Of a DNA stretch of 20,000 nt, positions 12,371-20,000 are shown in pieces. The translations under genes and the position numbers were made by a program. Source of the stretch: Catajapyx aquilonaris (Eukaryota). Below the pieces are notes generated by a model that was given only the letters and a program-made list of their open reading frames with translations, ran no database searches and was not told the DNA's origin. Numbering within the stretch: the first letter of the stretch is position 1; each line of letters opens with the position of its first letter. The stretch is taken from assembly GCA_000934665.2 (NCBI GenBank), contig KZ538476.1, positions 47,804 to 67,803 of the forward strand. Direction: 5' to 3'.

Positions 12371-12454
12371 GAAGGGAGAGGAGGAGGAAGAGGCGGAGGA
12401 AGAGGAGAAAGAAGAGGGAGGAAGAGGAGAAGGTGGTGGTGGTTGGGGAGGAGG
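12371..12454 (+). repeat. Purine-rich low-complexity (GGA/GAA/GGT)n tract
   Basis: Imperfect GGA/AGA triplet run followed by (GGT)4. Confidence 0.85.
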
Positions 12455-12566
12455 TCCCTAATCCAATATCCTTTGCTCAAGAGCAAAGGACTAGCTAGGA
12501 CGCAGCCTACTCCTTTCAGCCTCCACAACACGACAGATTCTATCAGTATTTCAGGATTTTCGAACA

Positions 12567-12567
<1 letters not shown>

Positions 12568-12647
<80 letters not shown>
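12568..12647 (+). repeat. Perfect (TTA)n microsatellite, ~26 units
   Basis: 80 bp of uninterrupted TTA repeats. Confidence 0.99.
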
Positions 12648-14759
12648 GGTGAATCTTCAACAGGGATTTCTAACTGTTTTAGTTTGGAGAATTTTCTGAG
12701 TTACAAAAGGTTGAATGAGTCTTACAAAATTAAAGCTGCATGTTTTCCCTCTAAACGAGAGACCTCTCTGAACGAAGAACTTTCACATTTATAAGCATGG
12801 TGACTACACAATTTATGCTTCAAAAATCATAAGCATTATTGTAAGCATGGAAATAAAATTATATCTGATTCCCATCGCATCAAACAGATACCTCACAATA
12901 ATTATATTGAAATGAGGTTTCACATAGAAAAACCGTATAAATCCAGCATAAACCTTGTAACAATGTATGTAAGTAGCTACAGCTCATAATAATTCCTCGC
13001 AGTAAAAATAATCACCTTTACAGATTAAAACGCTAAGCTTTTTTTGCCACAATGTATCACATCGATCCGGTGGGTTGAATTGAATTGTCCTGCATTTACC
13101 CTGAGAGGGCAATAATGATAAAGATTGATTGAAACGGTTTTTTTTTTGTTTTGCTTCAGATTATTTTACACAGGAGGTAGAGTTTGGTGTAGATACCGTC
13201 TAATCCCAGCCTCTTCGCATCTCCAACACTTTTTCCCGTCTTTGTAAGGGCCCTTTCATGCCACGGAAAGACTTTCGTCAAATCAGAACTTCGGACTTTA
13301 GGTGTACGTGTTCCATTCTCTACCAACAGGCTAGATGTAGTCTACGAGAGTGGTCGGTAATACAGCCTATATCACTGAGGGGAGGGAAAAGCGAAGCGAA
13401 AGAACAGAGTACAAGTTTACCGGCAAAGAAGTTGTGATTTGTTAAACTTTTTCTACCCATGATTAGTTAATGTTATTTATCTGCCAGGCTCTAATTCTGT
13501 GATTTTCTCACAGTTTCGGTAACATTTAGGACAAGTTGCGGAGGAATAGGACGGACTTTTTCAGGCATATGCTTTTTTTTGTTTTTTGTAGTATAATGGC
13601 ACAGACAATCTCCATCATTTTGTACCTTGTAATTACAACATATATTCAGCATAAAACCGGAAGTAATTATTAAAATGTCTGATAATCGTAATCCTAATGT
13701 CCCTCATCAGAAGCCATTCACAGTCCACGGATGAATATCCTGTGATGTTGAATTTAAGTCACGTCTTCGCCTTCATCCTGACCTGTTATGCAACCGAACC
13801 CTTGTCACGTGTACAGCACAGGCGCAAAACTTTCTTTACAATACGTGACATGGAGGAGAGAATGGGCATATGAAGCAAAAGCCTTCCTTTATATCAAGCT
13901 CCTAAATGTAGGTCTTCGAAACGTGTGTGCATTACTCTGCCTTCGACTACGCATAGAGCCTAAAAGGTTTTCAAGGTAAGGGAAGTTGCATTACAGGGAC
14001 GTACCCGTCCGATCCTTTTTTTTTGTCAATACTATTTTGGAACTGAATTTCTTTACACCCGGTAGAGGGCGTAAACCTATAGTAGCCTACTCCACTTTCA
14101 TCTCAAATCCATTCCGTCTTCTTGGTTTCCCCATGTGAATTTGGCAACGTCAGATTTTCACAAGCTTGCACTGTAGACGATCCGTAACCATTTGCTATCA
14201 ATACTGTCTTCCTGCCTTCCATGGCTGTATTCCAATACTTATAGGAATGCTTTACGAAATTATAACATACGTTCAAAATGAAGGCTGAAATGATGTTTAT
14301 TAGGTATGGAGAAGGCTTCCCTTTATACGAGCCTTTTCTGGGGTATCGAAAATTTTAACAATGTGAGCTACCGAGGGAATCATGCTAACGACCCCAACGT
14401 ATCAAATATTATTTTGTATAATGTAACAGTGGTTATATAATGTTTGCAGTTATGCATACTTCTTTTCAGTTTTCAATAGCACGTTGATGTATTGAGTTCT
14501 TGTAGCTCCATATAAAAAGGGGATTTTTCAGTTAGATTCCTGTGGAAAAGTTTTCATATTATGCATTTTTGCCTCGTTTGTTGAAATATAGCCCACCACT
14601 TGAATAGGTTCAGAAAGACGTCAACTCGGATAGAAAAGTGACTGTATCAGTCGGATGAAAGCTTGCATATCATTGTTGGTTGTAAATATTATTTTCTTCA
14701 TTATTTGACGAGCGCAAGTTGGCGATAGGAAAGGTTGAGTTCGTATATCCTTAGGATGC

Positions 14760-15032
14760 ACCGAAGCAGTAGTGGTGGAGTGGATATGGTGTCCGACTGC
14801 TAATCGGGAGGTCCTGGGATCAAATCCCGGGGTCGGCAACTCTAACCGTGGTTTTCTGTGGTTTCCAACGGTCTTTCCAGGAAAATTCTGGCGTTGCTTC
14901 CGTAATTAATAGGCCACAGCCGCTTCCTTCCGTCCCTATCCTATCCCAAAGAGCACAGTAAAATGAAAGCAAAGAGTTCTAGGCAAAACAAACTTCCCCC
15001 CTAAAGAGCCGATGGCTGATAACGGGGTATGA

Positions 15033-15103
<71 letters not shown>
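14760..15103 (+). mobile_element. tRNA-derived SINE, copy 2 (apparently full length) with long (TTA)n tail
   Basis: A-box-like TGGTGGAGTGG at 14773-14783. Anticodon-like arm TCCGA-CTGCTAA-TCGGG at 14792-14808. T-arm/B-box-like GGATCAAATCC at 14817-14827. tRNA-unrelated body, then (ATT)n at 15033-15106. 16-bp TSD with one mismatch: TATATCCTTAGGATGC (14744-14759) / TATATCATTAGGATGC (15104-15119). Second copy at 230-460. Confidence 0.95.
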
Positions 15104-15108
<5 letters not shown>

Positions 15109-17431
15109 CATTAGGATGCTTTCATGCCGATACCTCGACCATAATGGACTTCTTGCTTACACGCTACGGTCGGGGGAGGATTAATAAACTTGCAAAATAG
15201 TAACGCACCATAATTTATGTAAGATCCATAGAGAAGTGTTTAAATATTTTTTGACCGCCGTCGACTTATGAGGCAAAAGGAAATTGTCACTCACAATAAA
15301 CTTGTAATGGAAACTGAATTTTTCACCCACTAATATGCCTCGCATCACACTTTTATTATCACTATAATACAATATTAACAAGGCCAATTTTGTGTAGGAT
15401 AGCACTAGATAGCACCATAAATTCAAGCCACGTGATTCGCATCCCCTTTCAAAAATCCTGTGGTGGACCACATGGGATGAAACAAGTAATGGACAGTACT
15501 TGATTTCTATTGTGCAGTAATGTCAGATGGCTCGGGGATCATATGACGAGCCCGTACACAGCTGAAAAAACAAATGTCCACCACCCTCCCCCAGCAGTCA
15601 TCATCGCCCAACATGTGGTGTGAATGATGTAACCTATTGTTAAAAAATGTTTCATTGCACAGCACTGACCTCACTTAAATTATCAATGTTACCGATCTTG
15701 TCAATGACCTGCCACCAATAGGAAGTGCTTATACGAGGTCTCTGAAATAATCCTGATAAAACTGGGTCATCTTGTTGAACTTATTCCTCATAGGTGACGA
15801 GCCATAAGAGGCAGGTTTTACAGTAGGCCTGTTCGAATTTTCCAATATATTGGTATTTCTTAAAAGCCGATATGCAAATATGATGTGGCAACAATTCGAT
15901 GTACCAAAAATTGCTTTTCAATATACGTATTTCAGACTTTCAATAACAGTTTTCAATATTAAATTTTGCTATTCAGCCCTTCGCCAAATATCGAACCCCT
16001 CCTGACGCTATAATACTAGTTTGTGTAATACATGACATGTTCAATCATAAAGCAGTGGCCAGTGACTTCTGCATCAACTGACTTATACATGTAATACTGT
16101 ATACAGTTATAAGACGACATCAAACGGCTGTATATGTATTGTATACTGTAGAATGTATACTTCGTATCTGAAAACAACCCACTGGAGATCTCCCAAGCTC
16201 TACTTCCTTGAACACAGTTTTGTAGCGGAATATCACTCACGTCTTATGTCGGAAGCAATAGGCCAGCCAAAATTAGCAAGAAATATCAGTTACAGGTAAT
16301 ATCATTGCCAAAGGGATGACAGTCCAGGTTCATTAGTACAGTAAAGTGGAATAAGGCAGTAAAGCTAGCGTTCCGGATTCAATGCCGGATTAGAGAAGAA
16401 AGCACTCGACAGGCGATTCTCTGTATGAAAAGGGACCTTTTGTAAACAAAGGTGAACGGACTCACTGCACGAAGCGTAGCCTATTAGCCATTCTGAGTTG
16501 CAGGCTTACTCGGTTTCAGGCAACTCTCCGTCAACATCTCATCAGAAGGAAACGCTCCTTTCCACACAAGGTCTTCAAAGGTCTAAGACTTAATTGGTAT
16601 TCATCTATGTTGGAGAGCGTCTGAAGTACTGCTAATGACAATCATAATCAACAGCCACTCTGCAAAGTACTCTTTTTTTGTAATCCAGTGTTTGAAAAGT
16701 ATAGCCTACGTTACTTCATTATGACATTATGTAGGTCTGTTACCATTTATGTGGATTCATAGTTGTTGTAGACTTTTTGTTCGAATACTAGTAATGGGCA
16801 ATCGTAAAAATATGCCTTAATTTTCAATAGCTACGTGAAACTGGAAATAGTTTTTAAAATGCAATGAATCGCTATCACACTGTATGGAACAATCGCTTTT
16901 GTCGTATGGGAATGAAAATTACGTAAAAGTGTACAGTATCTACATTACTGGTGATGTTATGAAATACCAATAGAAATTTTAAATGTACACAGTAGTGTTC
17001 CAAAAGTTCCACAATTTTTGATATAACTTATAGGAAGTTCTTCCAACACTATTTGTAAGAGTGTATTTGACTACGCCATTTGTTTTCCTTATCGCCTTTG
17101 TACTGTGAGAGATTCAGTGGGAATACAGAACTTGAAGCAATCAGTTCCTGTTTTTGGCAGTCCTTTCTTTACGGAGCCCAACCCGCTGCGAGAGACTTTA
17201 CACTATTCTTGTAAAAATTTCATTTTAAAGGCGGCAACTACTTCGGGTGACAGAAAAATTGTTATAATTTTGTTCTCTACAACATTGTTTAAAAATTATT
17301 ACCAGGATTAGAAACGGACCAAAAAATAGGGAAGTCCCATACTTGAACGTGAGACTGAATATTGACTTATTGTTACCAAATATGACTATTGAAAAGACAG
17401 GTTGGTCGAATAAAAGTTAAAACAATATTCC

Positions 17432-17500
17432 ACACCGCCTCTGCAGAGGTCGTCAGCTCGATCCCCGTGCCGGAAGCAGGATTTTCTCACTTGGATTCGA
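17432..17500 (+). mobile_element. Possible highly decayed tRNA-type SINE head (different family)
   Basis: GAGGTCGTCAGCTCGATCCCCGTGCCGG resembles a variable loop plus B-box/T-arm (GGTTCGATCCC). No A box, TSD or second copy found. Confidence 0.3.
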
Positions 17501-18058
17501 ATTGAGACATTAGAGAGATAGTCTCTGTATTTGAGTGGGGCTTATACAGAATTCCATCGCCAACCCCCACGACCCCTTTCTTTTTTAAAAAAGAAGAAGT
17601 CTTCCTTCTTATAAGGCGCATATGTGCGCCTTAATTGCACCGAATTCTCCAATAAACCGAATCAAATATGCTTCCTTTCTAGCAAATATAGACTTCAGAA
17701 TATACTTCAGAAGTAAAAGAAAAAGATTGACAGAGAGAAAGAATTTGCCAATTATTTTCCTACCATACAAAGTCATCTTGTAACGAAAGAACTGTTAGTG
17801 ATCGTAAATACTCTTATGCATTGTCACAGATACGCCTATAAATTAGAAGTCAAATAATATGTGTTGATATTTTCCAGGTGAACCAATGGGAGTCAAGAAT
17901 TGACAGCGGCTACTCGGGGGGATGTGTGGCTGTGCAAGATCTCATTGGAGAATCAGCGTCGGTGTATTGCGTGCGGTAGTGGGGAAGGTTGAGTGCGCGT
18001 ACGTACCATGCTCAGATGTGTGTGCCAAAATTACGTCTTATTTCCTCCATCACTTACT

Positions 18059-18097
18059 CTTCCTCCACCTCCTCCTACTCCTCCTCCTGCTCCTCCC
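18059..18097 (+). repeat. Imperfect (CCT)n triplet repeat inside the exon
   Basis: CTTCCTCCACCTCCTCCTACTCCTCCTCCTGCTCCTCCC; reads as poly-Pro, poly-Ser or poly-Leu depending on frame. Confidence 0.85.
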
Positions 18098-18126
18098 CGG
18101 CGACCCTTCAGTGACTTAGGAGCGAC

Positions 18127-18343
18127 ATGCCTCTCAGCTTGGACACCACTGTCAGTATGCTGTGGGTCATTACCCCAATAACTGCCACCATTTCGTTAGT
18201 CAATGTGTGCATCGCAATGATTACAAATCACTGGCTTCATAGTGAGGAGAAGATGCCCAATCCACGGTTCAATGGCACAGCTGGAGACAAGTACCTATCC
18301 AAATACACCGTTAGTGGACTCTGGAATCTGTGCTACACCAATC
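18127..18343 (+). CDS. First coding exon of a PMP22/claudin-superfamily four-TM protein, voltage-dependent calcium channel gamma subunit/TARP (stargazin)-like; partial, start codon uncertain
   Basis: MPLSLDTTVSMLWVITPITATISLVNVCIAMITNHWLHSEEKMPNPRFNGTAGDKYLSKYTVSGLWNLCYTN. Hydrophobic TM1, then T-x-x-W-L-x-x-E-E and SGLWxxC, the W-GLW-C signature spaced as in CACNG proteins (TDYWLY.EE...SGLWR.C). N-glycosylation sequon NGT in the first loop. Ends at a phase-1 GTAAGT donor. Downstream exons not seen in the window. Confidence 0.88.
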
Positions 18344-18393
18344 GTAAGTCAAGTATTTTTTGATACCAAAGAGCTATATCCTGCATATTGTGA

Positions 18394-18555
18394 AGGTGCG
18401 TTTTCATGTGGGCGATTTGAAGAGCGAAGTCGTAGTCGAGGCTGAGTAACCCAAGTAACCAATATTGTTTGAAGCGAAAATCTATTGTTAATTTCAGGCT
18501 CGGCGAAGACTTCGCTCAGCTTTGCTCGACAAATCGCCCACATGTAAACGCACCT
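18394..18555. mobile_element. PIF/Harbinger-like MITE (162 bp)
   Basis: 26-bp TIRs AGGTGCGTTT(T/A)CATGTGGGCGATTTG at 18394-18419 and 18530-18555 (25/26 match), with weaker symmetry further in. Flanked by TGA/TCA, a TNA-type 3-bp site with one mismatch. Confidence 0.82.
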
Positions 18556-19247
18556 TCACTGTCAGTAAGTCTAAGGCTGAATACACACTTACGAATTGTA
18601 TATACATAATAGTAGCCAAATGACAGTTGACATTATCACACATTGCAGGTAGGGTTTTTTTTCTATGTAACGATTGCCGAATCATCTGTAATATTAAAAT
18701 CCTTTGTTGTGCGACCTTCCGATTGGTCCGCCGTCGTTTGCGCGATGCTTTTGGCCCCTGTTCTGCGCCTGCGTAATGGGGCGAGGCAGCGCCTCTGGTG
18801 GATGGGAGGAGGAACTATTTCCTTTCTAATTCTAGTAACATTAAATGCTTCGTTAAAATTTTAAATTATTTTTATCAGTTTGATACGTACTTTTGGCCAT
18901 ATCTTTTTCTCATGCATGAGGTGCTCAAATAAAGACACCAAGAGACCAACTGGAAAAAAGAACAAGCAGGAGTAATCACCCCAAGTTTTTTAGGAGTTGA
19001 CACACTTTCTTCTTCCTTCCGACCTGACTTTTATAATTTGACTTTTGACGGACTTGTACTTATATTAAAGGGGCTTGTCCTGTTTGCCTGACATCCCGAG
19101 TCGACGTGATTGCCCACCAACATTTCACGTTAGAGAAAGAGCTACTATAGTAGCCACTCTGGCCACTCCTATTGCCACACTGACCTCAGGAGGAACTTGT
19201 GACACATCTGTGACCTGCTGTACTGCCTTCTGCGAATTGTTTCTTTA

Positions 19248-19804
19248 CTCACGGGGTGATAATGACGGATCTGGATGAAATTTAACATGCTAATACAGGA
19301 CAATATATGATACCCAAAAATGAAATATTTCGTGCGGAGGCCCATATTTGCAAAAGTTATGACGTCTTAAAGTTCCAAAAATAATACATTTTCATTCATA
19401 ATGGGATTACATTAGCGACCACATATAATGACATTGAAGTGTGTAATCAGTTTCTACACTTTTTATATCGGAAAAAAGTCCTACAGAACAGCTCTGTCCG
19501 TCCGTCCGTCCGTCTGTGGACAGGTATCAAGGCAAGAGATACAGAGCCGTTATGTAGGACTTTTTTCCTATGAGACAAAGTGTAGAAACTGATTACACAC
19601 TTCAATGTGGTCTTATGTGTGGTCGCTAATGTAATCCCATTATGAATGAAAATATTTTTTTTGGAACTTTAAGACGTCATAACTTTTGCAAATATGGGAC
19701 TCCGCACGAAATATTTCATTTTTGGGTATCATATATTGTCCTGTATTAGCATGTTAAATTTCATCAAGATCCGTCATTATCACCCTGTGACCTTCCCTTG
19801 TGAG
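19248..19804. mobile_element. Foldback/long-TIR non-autonomous DNA element (~557 bp), unclassified
   Basis: Left arm 19248-19497 and right arm 19541-19804 are inverted repeats, >90% identical by eye over ~250 bp. The 43-bp spacer contains (GTCC)n. Termini CTCAC...GTGAG. Flanks CTTTA/CATTA are a possible 5-bp TSD with one mismatch. Confidence 0.9.
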
Positions 19805-20000
19805 CATTACACTTCGTTTATATTCAGGTACAATGACGTGGTCGAATAGTATAAAGTTTGAATCTATGCATACTATAGGCCTGCTGTGTAGGCGTATACC
19901 CTGTAATGGGGAACTAGCCTTGGTCTGGGATTTGGGATTTTTGTTCATAACTAGCTAGCCCATGCCTGTAAACATACATTCCATCACTCTGTTGCATCAA

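Larger units (their letters stand above)
17878..18343 (+). other. Spliced exon (5' leader plus first coding part of the claudin/CACNG-like gene)
   Basis: Acceptor TATTTTCCAG|G at 17877/17878. Consensus donor C|GTAAGT at 18343/18344. GC content is higher than in the flanks. The donor is better supported than the acceptor. Confidence 0.72.

Noticed and set aside
12188..12652. Longest ORF in the track (154 aa)
   Set aside because: It stays open because it runs through the GGA tract and (TTA)n (poly-Tyr). No domain or splice support.
14760..14838. Functional tRNA-Ser(GCT) gene
   Set aside because: No long variable arm, poor acceptor and D stems, variant B box, and embedded in a TSD-flanked repeat with a (TTA)n tail. 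It is a SINE head.
18344..18363. ORF-track continuation RKSSIF* of the claudin-like ORF
   Set aside because: Lies beyond a consensus GTAAGT donor; intronic read-through rather than the true C-terminus.

Overview
AT-rich eukaryotic genomic DNA, most likely insect or arthropod (inferred from TTAGG-like tracts, SINE/Helitron styles and the protein exon). It is almost entirely non-coding, probably a long 5' intron or upstream region. The one convincing coding segment is a spliced exon (17878-18343, +) encoding the N-terminus of a PMP22/claudin-superfamily protein resembling the Ca-channel gamma subunit/TARP (stargazin-like) group. Its leader has ATG-initiated ORFs in all three frames, so the true start is ambiguous. 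The rest is a mosaic of short non-autonomous mobile elements: two oppositely oriented copies of a tRNA-derived SINE with TSDs, a Kolobok-type element inserted at the apex of a palindromic TA-flanked MITE, a 226-bp Helitron, a Harbinger-like MITE just after the exon, a ~557-bp foldback element, further MITE remnants and microsatellites. No prokaryotic-type system (CRISPR, operon, retron) is visible. All calls are by eye; family names come from terminal and TSD signatures, not database searches.
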